Assembly: GCF_009914755.1 (NCBI RefSeq)
Contig: NC_060931.1
From: the human T2T-CHM13v2.0 reference genome, Homo sapiens
Strand: one strand, 5' to 3'
DNA: 64,000 bases
Below are positions 13,122 to 26,457 of the stretch, piece by piece. The position numbers were made by a program, and so were the translations under genes. The number at the start of each line of letters is the position of its first letter. Position 1 is the first letter of the stretch. Under the pieces are notes generated by a model that saw nothing but the letters and a program-made list of their open reading frames with translations, did not search any database and was not told where the DNA came from.

Positions 13122-14049
13122 CTGAAAAATAAAGAGTTCTTTCAGTAAATAAAGAATATCACAATTTCTAATAAAAAGTAATATAATTTAATTGTTCATG
13201 GATTGCAGAAATGGTCTGCCAAAGTGGAACAAAGCATTCAGAGTCAGCAGCAAATTTCAGAACATATTATAGAAACTATAAGAGGCACTGACTTGAAAAC
13301 TGGCAGTTAAAACACAGAGCTCTCTTCTCTGCAGATACACTGCTCGGTCTAGCCATTTGTCTCATGCCAAATAGTAGGATGGCATGTCATCACGTTATCA
13401 CCATTTAGTGCAATATAGAAGGCAAATCACTTTCCTGAAAGTGTATATGTTTCTCTTATTTATTTGTATTGCTAAAGGAGGATTTCAGGACAAAGACCAC
13501 ATTTTCAAAATATATTTCTGAGAACAGCAAATTGTTTCTGATGACTGAAACAAAGACATTATAAATTCTCAATTGATATCCCACTATTTGAGATGGTAGG
13601 CTTGCTGTTACTCCACATGGGTCAGAATTTGAATGCTGCCAATACACTCTTTGGGCATATTTTAAAAATAAGGTATAAAATTGTGAACATGCTTTCCTTG
13701 ATATTATAGTTCATATTTTCAATTCTCCATAGCTAATTTTAATTCACACACACACACATTAAAAAAAATCAACAATACTATAAATCCTATTACAGGCAAA
13801 AACATGCTGTCTGAAAACTAGGCTTTGCTTCATAATATTGTTTTCCAAATACACCAAGGTTTTATAATTATTAACTCCTACAAATATGAAGAATGCTGTA
13901 TTTTTCTTGGTAGATATGAATTTTTACATATATAGAAATTGAAACCTAAGATATATTGACAAGTTTAAATATATTTCAGTGAAGTTTAAAAAGTTTTATT
14001 ATTATAGCAATAATATGTATCACTGTAGACAAAGCACAGTTATCAAAAG

Positions 14050-14585
14050 AAAACTGGAATTACCAGCAATCCTGCCACCCAAAAATAACCACTGTTAATA
14101 TTTTGGTGAATATCCTTCAAATAATTTTCTATGCATATGTGTGCACATACTTTTAAAAGAAATTACCACATACAGTGCATATTACTTTTATAGCCTTATA
14201 TTTCTACTTAACAGAATATCAAGGATGTCATTCAATGTGAATGTGTGTTACCGCACAATATCATTTTCAAGGTGGCAACAGTAGTCGGCAGCACAGCTAG
14301 AAGCTGTGTAATTCATCATTTTTCTATTTTTGAATATTTGGGACTTTCTAGTTTTTACCTGTCATGTGTCATCTGTATTGGACCTACTAAAATGTAAATC
14401 TTTTATCATTTTTCTATAATATAGTATGGAAAAATTCCTAGATGTGAAATTTTGGATCAAAGGGCATGCATCCTTTTATTGTTTTTGACATATATTACCA
14501 GATTTCTACCTTCCCAACTCATAAAAAAAGTACTAATTTATAATCTCACTGAGAGTGTATGAGTGATTTTGTTTCTCTGTACCAT
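14050..14585 (-). mobile_element. Old L1ME fragment
   Basis: aatcctgccaccc..ataaccactgttaatattttggtgaatatccttc, aaattcctagatgtgaaattttggatcaaagggcatg. Confidence 0.65.
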
Positions 14586-14595
14586 CAAATTAAAT

Positions 14596-14830
14596 ACAGA
14601 TCCACAATTCCTCATCCAAAACTTTTAGGAACATATATGTTTTAGAATTTAGAATTTTTGCAATTTTAGAAAGTTAACACAGTGCAAGTGCTTTCTCTTT
14701 CATAACACTCTAAGTAGAGTTGGGGAAAGCAGTTTATAATTGAACATATGAGTATTTCTGCAGCCAAAGATATGATTCATACTAAGAAGGATAATTTAAA
14801 CTTACAACACCAAATTTTAGAGTACCTTAA
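14596..14830. mobile_element. TcMar-Tigger-like DNA transposon fragment
   Basis: TA-cagatccacaattcctcatccaaaa...tgttttagaatttagaattttt start resembles Tigger/MER46-type ends. Confidence 0.45.
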
Positions 14831-16819
14831 GAAATCTTTCTTTCAGAAGGATAATAAGAGTAAACCTTTACTGAGTATTGTTTGTGGTTTGAGTACTGAT
14901 GGATTTTCTAGGTACTAACTCATTTTATCATGCCAGCAACTCAGGACTCAAAAACCCTGTACTCTGGTTCCAGTAAACTTACCCAATTTAAATATCAATT
15001 CAGAAACTCTGTTTAACAAGGCATAAACACCACTTAATTTAGATTAAGAAGAATAACTCTCCAGATGGTTTTCACCAAATCCCCCAAGCTATTGGCAAAT
15101 TCGTCTAGTAAAAAGGAATTCATTTGACAAGTATCTATTGAGTGCCTTTTATAAACAGCTCATTCAAAACCCTTTTTTATAAGCAGCTCATCCAGAAGTA
15201 AAAGAATATACAGAAGACAGCAATTAATATTATGGATATTTATTATTAATTTATTAATATGGTTCGATACATGGATATGTATTTATAACAGGTTTAACAT
15301 CATCTTATGAATGCAACAATATATAAAACAATCATGTTCAATAAACATAAAGAGTAAAAGCCTAACGTAGTTAACTTATGAATACAGCCCTACTTCTTAA
15401 TGCCAATGCCATATGGAAGCATTTCATGGTCAAAGTTTGTACAATTATCTTTTATAAAGTAAATGATTATTTCATTTTAATCTGAGTAAATTACTAGTTC
15501 TAAGCAATATATCCCAGAAGGGCAGAGTTCATTGATTCTTTTCTTTGTCAGATTTACAATGCCAAATTTCTTGGGTACAATTTATTATATATTATACTGT
15601 CCCACTTGTCATCATGCAGTCCTCATCAGAATTTAGGGAGAATCTGCTTTATTTTTCATAAGATATCAACATGTTTTGTGTGTTCGTTTGGTTGTTTCAG
15701 ATTTCCAAAGTAAACTATTATTTCATGCTGAAACAAAATTATATGTCATACACATTTGTGTTTTAAGAACTGTTAGAGGTCCTAGACTCACACTTTGAGG
15801 CAAAATTATACACTAGTTCTAACTTGCTGTTAGAAAGAGCACCATTTGTTTCATTTTAAATATTGTCAAGGAATTGATGGAGGAACCTTACAGGAAACCA
15901 ATAGCAGATACATGCATTGCTTCATTTGGAGCAGAATGGATGTAAAAATATACAACTAATGTTTAAAAAGGTACTTGTATGTATATGTATATATGCATGT
16001 GTACCTGTGTGTATATGTTGGCACATGTGTGTTTGTGTGTATTCTTTTATTGACATTTTGCTTCAAAAACAAAGATTTAACCTAGTATGCTAATGAAAAA
16101 ACACAACTTTCACAAGTTTTTCTTCACTTGTAAAAAGACAAGTCATCAAAAAAACTTCTTAACATTATACACTGAAGAGTACACATCTAGATGATGAAAA
16201 ATGAAAAAGTTAAGAATTATCTTTCACTGTGAAAATTAAGCTATTTGGACTTGGATTAGTTTAAAAAAACAAAACAACTGCTGCTTCTTTAAATTAAGCT
16301 AACAGATGAGAAAAAGAATTTCCAACATCGCACTATTTGTCCAATCAGGCAAGCATGTAGCTTGGAGCTTTTGAGTCCTAGGTTATTTAGAATACTGTAT
16401 TCAACAATACTTGACAAATCTGTGGATGATTAAGGTCACACTGATGAAAGAATAACATACATGATGCAACAGGAAAAAATAAACACTTGAGATCAGCAAG
16501 GTTAATGTTGCATTAAGAACTGTTTTAATTGAGATTTTCTTCAGGCCATGGAACCATGGGGCAAATTCAGTGATTAAATATTCCTACCATGAAAAAGTCT
16601 AGATTAATTTGTAGTCAATCATATCAGCTTGGAAAACTGGAATAAAAACAAAAGATTAAATATGCACCTAGCTTTGCCTGGATTCTGGCATAGTCAGCAT
16701 GCTATATTTTTTAAATTTAATTGTGCTTCCCAAATATTATTTCATTTATTTATTTAATCTTTAGTCAGCTACACTTTCATTACAGAAAACAGAGACCCCT
16801 TTATGGTAGCTCAGTAAGA

Positions 16820-17445
16820 AGATATCCACATTCTGATATTATGCACTGAGAAGGGCACAGCTTTACCTCTGTAGTATACTTGTCAAAAATAAATAACCTT
16901 ATGTGTGTGTGTATTTTTTAACAGTCGGGGTTCCGTTGTGTTGCCCAAGCTGAACTCAAACTTCTGGGCTCAAGGAATCCTCTCCCCTCAGCCTTATGAG
17001 TACCTGGAACCACAGTGCGCATCACTGTGCCCGGCCAGGAATGCCATTTTGATCATGAGAAACATATGACAAACTCAAGTGGACAGATATTCAATAAAGT
17101 GGCTGACAAGTACCCTTAGAAAGGGTCAAGGTCATGAAAGAGAAAAACTGACTGGGATATTACCACAGATGAAGGAGAATATGGAGACATGATGACTAAA
17201 TGCACTGTGGGATAATAAATTGGATCTTGAACCAGAAGAAGGACATTAGTGGAGCAACTGGCAAAATTCACATAAGATTTGTAGATTAGTTAATCGTTTA
17301 TACGGATGTTAATTTCCTGGGTTCAATGTACTTATGAAAGATGTAAATGTTAGGGGCAGCTAAGTGGGAGTGATGGGGAGCCACTTTGTAGTATTTTTGT
17401 AATTTTTTAGAAGTCTAAAATAGCTTCAAAACGAAAACATGGAAA
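16820..17445 (+). mobile_element. L1MC-type 3' end, interrupted by an Alu monomer
   Basis: atcatgagaaacat..gacaaactcaa, ggagacatgatgactaaatgca, ttggatcttgaaccag..aaggacattagtg, gtaattttttagaagtctaaaat. Confidence 0.7.
16914..17036 (-). mobile_element. FLAM (free left Alu monomer)
   Basis: Single ~120-nt monomer: tgttgcccaagctgaactcaaacttctgggctcaag...cactgtgcccggcc. Confidence 0.85.
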
Positions 17446-17489
17446 AATCTAGGTCACTTACTAGGGCTCCTACTCACACTTTATTTTAA

Positions 17490-18625
17490 AAACCTTTTCT
17501 TTCCAACTTTTACTTGAGTTTCAGTGGGGTGCATGTGCAGGTGTCTTATCTGGGTATATTTCATGATGCTGAGGTTTGGGGTATGAATGATCCCATCACC
17601 CAGGTACTGAGCATAGTAGCACAGAGCAGTTTTTCAACTCTTTTCCCCCTCCTTCCCTTCACCTTCTAGTAGTCCCAAGTGTCTATTGTTGCCATCTTTA
17701 TGTTCATGAGTATCCAGTGTTTAGCTCCCACTTATAAGTGAGAACATGCAATATTTGATTTTCTCTTCCTGCATTAATTTGCTTAGGATAATGCCCTCCA
17801 GCTGCATCCATGTTGCTGCAAAGGACATGATTTTGTTATTTTGTGTGGCTGCATAGTATTCCATGGTGCATATATACCACATTTTCTTTATCCAATCCAC
17901 CATTGTTGGACACCTAGGTTGATTCCATGTCTCTGCTATTGTAAAAAGTGCTACAGCAAAAATATGTGAGTGCGTGTGTCTTTTGGTAAAATGATTTGTT
18001 TTCTTTTGGGTGTATACCCTGTAACAGGATTGCTTACTCACCTAGTAGTTCTATTCCAAGTTCTTTGAGAAACTGTCAAACTGCTTTCCATGTAAGTGTT
18101 CCCCTTTCTCTGCAGCTTCACCAACATCTGTTGTTTTCTGACTTTTTATTAATGGCCATTCTGACTGGTGTAGGATGGTATCCTTTTGTGGTTTGAGTTG
18201 TGTTTCTCTGATGATTAGTGATATGGAATATCTTTATATGTTTGTTGGCCACTTGTATGTCTTCTTTTGTGGGGTGTCTGATCATGTCTTTTGCCCATTT
18301 TTAAATAAAGTTATTTGTTTTTTGCTTGTTCAATTAAGTTTCTTATGGATTTTGGGTATTAGATTTTTGTCAGATAAATAGTTTGCAAATATTTTCTCCT
18401 ATTCTGTAGATCTTTTTACTCTGTTGATAGTTCCTTTTGCTGTGCAGAAGCTCTTTAGTTTAACTGGGTCCCACTTGTCAATTTTTGTTTTTGTTGCAAT
18501 TGCTTTTGAGAACTTGAAGTTGGTTTGCTAGTATTTTGTTGAGGATTTTTGCATCTATGTTCATCAGGGATATTGGCCTGTAGCTTTCTTTTTTCATTGT
18601 GTCTTGCCAGGTTTTGGTATCATGG
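17490..18625 (-). mobile_element. Older L1PA (PA13-16-like) 3' fragment with internal deletions
   Basis: ORF 17721..18041 encodes the L1 ORF2 C-terminus (IAETWNQPRCPTMVDWIKKMWYI.TMEYYAA); L1PA-type 3'UTR. Confidence 0.9.
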
Positions 18626-18704
18626 TCACACTATATATTAATGTGAAATCAGATACACAGAACACTGGATTCATTTTGATAGAACTGAAATTTAAATAAA
18701 ATGA

Positions 18705-19052
<348 letters not shown>

Positions 19053-22000
19053 TGATGTCTTTCAATAGGTATATTCAAGAGAATGACTTTTAATTTTGCT
19101 ATCTTACCTTTTATTTATTTTTTGTTGTCTTTCTGCTCCCTAGAAAAACTGGGTAAATACAACATTCATGTTTAAATGCAGCTGCATCCTGGGTCCTAGA
19201 AGTCACAGATTCAGTAACAGGAGTGCTAAATCTAGAGTCAGGCATTGTTCCTTTCTTGGGAGGCGGTGTCTTGTATGGGCCACAAAGCATTGGTTATGTA
19301 AATTCATGTAAGGTTGTATGGAGGTCTATTCTGGTGGGAAGACCAGAATGGGCCTCCTTTTACAGAAAGGCAGCCCAATTTAGGAATCATGCAATGTACT
19401 AAGATATCAGAGACAGAAGCAGAAACCAAAAACCAGAAACCATATCCTTCAACTCTACATTATTTTATGTTGACTAGCCTTTTTAAAAAAAAAACAAAAT
19501 TTGAGGTTCTTGTTTGTTTGTTTTAGAGGTAATGACTGTACAAAAGAAAATAAGGAACATAAGAAATTCCCATAGGTTAAGTAATGTAGTGTATAGTGTA
19601 CTATATGGTAATAGCTACTTATTACAAAATCTTTTCCTCTAATATTTTAGATTTTTGCTATATACTTGTATACAAACTGGGGAATATAACTAAATTTTCC
19701 TTAAAAGTTATACAGCTTTTGCTCCTAGTTGGTCTTTAGGAGTTTGAGGAATCCTTAATATAAGTGAGTTTAAAATATGAAATATGTTTTTAGAATTAAC
19801 AAGAAAAAGGAGGAAGAGAAAGATCATTGTGCAAGGATAAAATATAGAATAGATGACTTTTTGCTAACAAAAGGTATTATATCTTTGTCTCTTTTTTCCT
19901 TTATTCAAAAATGCATTTGATACTATAAAAGTAAATCCTGAATATATTCTTTTTTTTAAAAGCTAAATCCATACATTAATGAAAGCTAACCACAGTCCCA
20001 TTACCTCATGTACAGGTAAAGCTGGGGGTGTAACTTTTCAGACCTTTTTCCATGTATCAAGGTTCCAGTTTGCTCCTTTTTACCAGAAATTTTTATTCCA
20101 TTCAGTCAGGAAAATAAACAACTAAACCAAAACCAAAGAACAAATTAAAAAACCTAAAACTGAATATAGAAAATGTTGCTCCTTTATGTTCCGCTCTCTT
20201 TCATCTTTCTCAGATAATGCCTACATGGGAGCACAAACCCAGTCAATATCATGGAAATGTAGGCTATGAAGTCTTTATTTATGAACTCTGGGTATAGGAG
20301 ATTTATTATTTTACAGTGGAAAGAAAAACTAGCTGAGCTGTATTCTACAGTGATGATATGTAATTCATATTATCAAGTAGAGTCAACCTGAGTACTTAAT
20401 TCCACCATATTATAATAAAAAATTAAAATACTGACCATGATTTTATGGGCTGGTTGTTGATGAAAGATGTGATTGCAGAGAAAATTTCAAATAAATTTAT
20501 TCATTAATATATCTTACCAAATTTAATAGAAAATTGAAACAATTTTCTTGGCAGCTATTGATGTATGAAAAAATATATAGTCAATAGTATTTTGGGGATT
20601 CAGAATACTATCTGGAGAAAAGCCATGAACTTTTGCAACACTAACTTAAATATGACATCTATGTATTTGAGATGGTGACAAGAAGCGGTGGCAGAAAAGC
20701 ATGGCACTATAAAGGATGTTGTCTGGTAAAGACTTAGCAAGAGTCGTCTTTGGTTTAAGTTTGCAAGCGGCATTACAAGGTCAAAACATGATGAACCTAG
20801 TAGGTTTTTGTCTTTATATTTCTAGTAATCTGTAGAAAGGGCTGGCTACAAAGAAAGATTTGGGAAGCAACTATATATGGAGGACTTCAAAATATGCATC
20901 TCCAGCTTCAACTTCTAGAAGCCTGTGTTAATCTACCCATCCAACTATTTATCATCATCATTATCCATTTGAAAATGCTTATGTAAACATCCTGGACTCT
21001 ATTATAGTGTAAAGGCTGATATATAGATTTTAACCTCTCTACTTACCCCTTAAAAACAGTAAATATCTACTAAGAGAGAAATAAAGCCACCCATAACCTA
21101 CACCTACAACATTATGAGGAGAAACAAAATAGTATGAACTTCAAAAGTTATATATAAGTAGGGATGTGAATGCTCCAATCCAGTGCAGCCAGCTAGTGCC
21201 AGAGTGGAGACTGTGCAGAAAGGAGGGTAGGGTGTAGCAGGTGTGAGGTAAGGTGGGAAAACAGAAAAAATAATGCTCAGAAAGGTAAATTCCCATCCCG
21301 AGTAAAGAAATGTTTCTAGCAAACCTGCTTGATTAGAACACAAGTATGAAGAATTGAAAGAAAGGGGGTTGACAGTGAGCAGAATAACAGTCTTGGGAAG
21401 GCCCAGCTTCTGAAGAAGAGGGGGATGATGTTAGTGGGAGAGGGGGCTGTTCCTTGGAGACTTGGCTATGAAGGAAAAAAGTATGAGGTGAATATCAAAT
21501 ATCTGCAGATAAGTTCATAAGACACACCAACTACTCTGCAAAAAAATAATAATAATAATAAAAAATAAAAAATAAAAATAAAAAAGGCATCCACTGAGGA
21601 ATCTGTACTTCATGAAAGCAACAGAAGGGGGTGCTCATGATCTAAAAAATGTAGTAATCCACCAAGTCCTTTACTTTTGCTTACATGAAACTGTTATCGC
21701 TGGTCTAGGAACAAAAGAAATATCAAACTAAACAAAAAAAAAAAGAGCAGACTATTTATAGAAAGTTACTATAAGAAAATAATCAGAAGATGATAGCCAA
21801 AACAATTCAGCTAATGAAAATTTCTCTCAAGAGAAAACAAAAACAAAATTGCAAACAAGAAAGTTGTAATAAAACCTAGAGATATTTTGAAACAAATACT
21901 TATAAATAAAAACACCACTTTGAATCACATATTTAAAAGCTTTGAACATTAATGGACAAAGAACAGACAGATAGTAAAAGATAGTTGACAAAAATGATGA

Positions 22001-22900
22001 AATAAAATTTAAAAAAATCTGAAATGACCAAATTACAAACTGCCAAAGAGAAAATAGAGTGAACCTAAAATATAAGGACTATTGAGGAAAGCCATGACAA
22101 TAGCCAAGAGAATGTAAATGAAATAAACAAAAAGGTAAAAAGAATCAGAGAGGTCAATAATATAGAAGGTAGGTAGAGATAATCCAGCATATGCATAATT
22201 GGAATACATAAAGAAGAAGAAAATATAATAGAAGTAATACATAAAACTGTGATCCAAGAAAAATTTCCAGAAATAAAATAACTATATCTATATATTGAAA
22301 AGTGTTGTCATATAGCCGGAAAAATTGTCCCCAGTCAATTCCAAAATACATACCAGTAAGACATTAGACTTTAAAAGGTAGAGAAAACATGGCTAAAAGA
22401 TAAGCTCCTTACAATGGAAAAATCAAATTAACATTAAATCTCAGGAAGAACGAACACATCTAGAAAACAGTGAAGCAGCATTTTAAAGACTCTCAAAGAA
22501 AGTGTGAGCTAAGAATTTTATATCCAGCCAAATTGTACTTCAAGTATTCATTGTGCAAACACACACACCCCCCACCATATAAACAGTTTTTTCTACCCAA
22601 GATCCCTTCCTGACACATACCTACTTAATTAAACCAAGCTACTTCGACCAAGAGATATTTTGAGGAAAGGACTAATGGTAATCATTCAACACATTTAATT
22701 GTAGATCTAAGCTTATATCAAAGGTGGGGACAAAGATAGAATAATAATATGTAAATGTCTTATATTGAGACAATATAGAAGTAATATAATTTAAAAAGAG
22801 AGGAGAGGGAAAAAAAGTACAATGGCCAATGAGCTCACGTACTATTGCTTAGGCAACAGGTGAGAGTCAATGAATATTATTTAAAATTGACAATTGAATA

Positions 22901-23035
22901 AGGGCCTCATAGAAGTTACCAGTACAAAGACAAACATTAGAACACAATTAAAAGCCATCCTAAGTACCAGGGACTTATAGAAGTTATCAGTACAAAGACA
23001 AACATTAGAACACAAATAAAAACCATCCTAAATAC
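22901..23035. repeat. 68-bp tandem duplication (2 copies)
   Basis: aggg(c/a)ct(c/t)atagaagtta(c/t)cagtacaaagacaaacattagaacacaa..ccatcctaa.tac begins at 22901 and 22969. Confidence 0.92.
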
Positions 23036-24047
23036 AGAAATAAATAAAAAAGAATAAATAAAGTAGGGCACATAGAGAAATAAACAGTCATATTATAATA
23101 CGGGCAATAAATAAAATATGATAGAGTTCAAACCAAACATAGAATTGAATGTAATTTATCTTTCTTATTAAGATTTTCTATCTGGCTTATAAAGAAAAAC
23201 CTGACTCCATCCTGTAAAGATGACACACATTTAAAGAAAGTGACTCAGAGAGCTAAAAATAAAGTTTGGGCAAAGATAGGCCTGACAAGAAAAATAAAAC
23301 AGAGTTTACAGTCTTCCTATTAGATGGAAGAATTCAAGTCAAAAGCTTTAAATATGACAAGAAATCCCACTTTATAACAATAAAGGTCACAATTCAGAGT
23401 GCTCTACAACAGTTATCAATATTTGTGTACCAAATAATATAAACCACCTTCACAAAACTGTAACTACAGGAGCTGTGAGGAAAAATACACTAATAAGAAG
23501 CACTTTGACTATTTTCAGTCTAAGACAGATAAAGTTGACAAAATTACAGATATGAAAGAACTAAATATCATAATTAGGCAGATCTTGTGGCTCTTACTCC
23601 CTTTCTTTCCATCCATATTTCTCTTTCCAATTTCATACTACAATAATAGAAAATACACATCCTTCTCAAATATGCATGGAACACTCGCCAAAATTGTTAG
23701 ATTACAAAAAATTCTTAAGTTCCATGAAGCAGAAATAGTGCAAACAATAATCTTGACCATAATGCAATAAAATGTAGATGTTAGTGTCAAAATTATGATC
23801 AAAGAAAATTTCATCTAGAAATTAAGAACTTGAAATAACTCTTGGTCCAAAGAGGAAATGTTAACTGAAATTGCATATTTTCTAAAATGAATGAGGTAAA
23901 ATATTAAATAAAAAATCTGTAGCACACAATTAAAACAGTGACCAGAGGAAATTTTATAATATATACACATAGGAGAATGGAAATAATAAAAGTAAATTCA
24001 AAATTTAAAAAGCTATAAAAAGAACAACAAAGGAACCTCTAGGGACA

Positions 24048-24071
24048 ACACACACACACACACACACACAC
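24048..24071. repeat. (AC)12 microsatellite
   Basis: Perfect run. Confidence 0.95.
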
Positions 24072-24213
24072 GAGGAAAACAAATAATAAAAGCAAAAAAA
24101 TTGTACAAAATAGACTATTTCTTTTTTTAAAAAAGCAAAATAAACACTAGCTAGCTTAAGTTTAAAAAGAATTAAGTCATATATAACAAAGCAAGAAGTA
24201 CCAAGAAGGAAGC

Positions 24214-24797
24214 AATAGTAAAAATAGCCAAGATTTGGAAACAACCTTAAGTGTCTATCAACAGACGAATGAGTAAAGAAGATGTGCTATATATATACAA
24301 TGGAGTACTATTCAACCATAATAAGGAATGAGATCCTGTCATTTGCAATGACATGGACAAAACTAGAGGGCATTATAGTAAGTGAAACAAGCCAGGCACA
24401 GAAAGACAAATGTCACATGTTCTCACCCAGCTGTGGGAGCTAAAACTTGAAACAACCGAACTCATGAATATATAGAGTAGAATGATGGTTACCAGAGGCT
24501 GGTAAGGGTAGCAGAGGAAGGGGGGATAGTTAAAGGGTACAAAAATATAGTTAGATAGAATGAATAAGATTTAGTGTTTGATTGCACAACAGGGAGACTA
24601 TAGTCAACAATATTTTATTGTACATTTAAAAATAACCAAAAGAATATAATTAAAATGCTTGTAACACAGACACTTGAAGGGTTGGATATCCCGTTTATCC
24701 TCACGAGATTATTATGCATTGCACGCCGATATTAAAATATCTCATGTATCCCATAAATATATGCACACACTGTGTATCCACAAAAATAAAAATAAAG
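24214..24797 (+). mobile_element. L1MA (MA1-4-like) 3' end nested in the older L1
   Basis: aatagccaagatttggaaacaacc..aagtgtctatcaacagacgaatg through atctcatgtatcccataaatatat and an A-rich tail. Confidence 0.85.
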
Positions 24798-24969
24798 TAA
24801 TACCTGGCACAAATATATGCTAACAAAATTTTAAAACCTAAAATGGGCAATTTCTTAGGAAAATATAATTGATGGAAATGAGCCCCATCTTTCTAGCTTA
24901 ATTAGAAAGATTTTTGGTCAATTTACCATAGTAATCTTCAAGTATAAAAGAACAAATGAAACAAAATGA

Positions 24970-25278
24970 GGCTAGGTACAGTGGCTCACACCTGTAATCT
25001 CAGCATTTTGGGAAGCTGAGGCTGGCGGACCACTTGAGGTCAGGAGTTTGAGACCAGCCTGGCCAACATGGCGAAACCTTGTCTCTACTAAAAATACAAA
25101 AATTAGCTGGCCGTTGTGGCGCGCATCTGTAATCTCAGCTACTCGGGAGGCTGAGGCAAGAGAATGGCTTTAACTCAGGAAGGAGAAATTGCAGTGAGTT
25201 GAGATCGCGCCACTGCACTCCAACCTGGGTGACATTTAAGACTCTGTCTCAATTAAAAGAAAAGAAAAGAAAAGAAAA
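24970..25278 (+). mobile_element. AluSx-like with (GAAAA)n tail
   Basis: Dimeric Alu; TSD gaaacaa(a/c)atga. Confidence 0.95.
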
Positions 25279-26457
25279 GAAACAACATGAGTACTAGGGG
25301 TAAATTCCTTTATAATCCAAGTATGAGGAAAGGTTTTCTTACTCTGATTCAAGCTCGACAAATTTAACTACATAAAAACAGAAAAGAATATCTTCTATAG
25401 CTCAAAATACCATAACAAATACTAAAAGATAACCGATGAACTGGGAGAAAATATTTGTAACATATCAGTGATAAAGAGCTACTCTCCTTAATAAAGAACT
25501 TTTTTAAATGGAAGGGAAAAAAACCTAACCACCTAATAGAGGAATATGCAAAAGCCAGGAATAGAGAGTTCACAAAAAGTATATGCAAATGACCCTTAAA
25601 TGGGTAAAGATGTTCTACCTCCTTCATTATAGAAGAAATGCAAATTAACACTATATTGAGACATCATTCTCTAACAGACACAAAAATTCAAAAGCTTGAC
25701 AACACACTCTTAGACAAGGTTGTGGGGAAACTGTCCCCTCATACCTTACTGGTGGATGGACAATGTGGTACAACCTCTAGGAGGAGAATTTGGCAGTAGC
25801 TAACATAACCAGATAAATTTTACCCTTTGACTCAATAATCTCTCCTCTGAGAAATTTCTCTACAGTTTTATCTTCAACAATACTTTTTAAGCAAACAAAC
25901 AAAGTTATTCAATGCGTCATTATTTTAATAGCAAATCATGGAAACAATCTAAATACCCAACCAGAGATGACTGGTTAAATGTACATGATATGTGCAGACA
26001 GTACAGAACTATACAGCTGTAAAATCTGTGAAGAAAGTCTCTATGATCTGATATGTGGTTATATGCAGATCATATTGTTAAACAAAAACATTCAAATGTT
26101 CGTTTTTTTAAAAAAACACAGGAAGAAGAGCCACAAACTAAAGAAACTACTTAACTATAAGAGGTGGTATGAACAGACGAGTGGGAGAGATCAGAAAGGG
26201 AATGAGACTTCTCTGAGTATATCTTTTTCATATACATTAATACTCATGCTCTCTTATTCAAAAAATAAAAAAATGTAAAATAACTTGAAATCTAATACAA
26301 ACAATAACAAATGAGCTTACATGTGTACAAAATTGCTAACCAGTCAAAAAAATTAAGTCAAATCTTGAAGAAATTAGAGATTCTAGGACTAGGGTTTCAT
26401 CGTACAGCAACTCAAAAGGTAAAAGCATTAAAAACTCATTGAGGTTCAAAAGAGAAA

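Larger units (their letters stand above)
20990..26350 (+). mobile_element. Ancient, highly decayed L1M(E) spanning 5' region, ORF1/ORF2 remnants and 3' end; hosts younger insertions
   Basis: Strong A-skew. ORF1-like phrases (aagaattttatatccagccaaattgtacttcaagta), ORF2 endonuclease-region phrases at 23150-23950, and L1ME 3' phrases at 25300-26300. May be more than one element. Confidence 0.65.

Noticed and set aside
13468-13593. Possible + strand exon near the MAGI2 exon
   Set aside because: Acceptor ends in AAAG and the donor (GTAGGC) is mediocre; no independent evidence.
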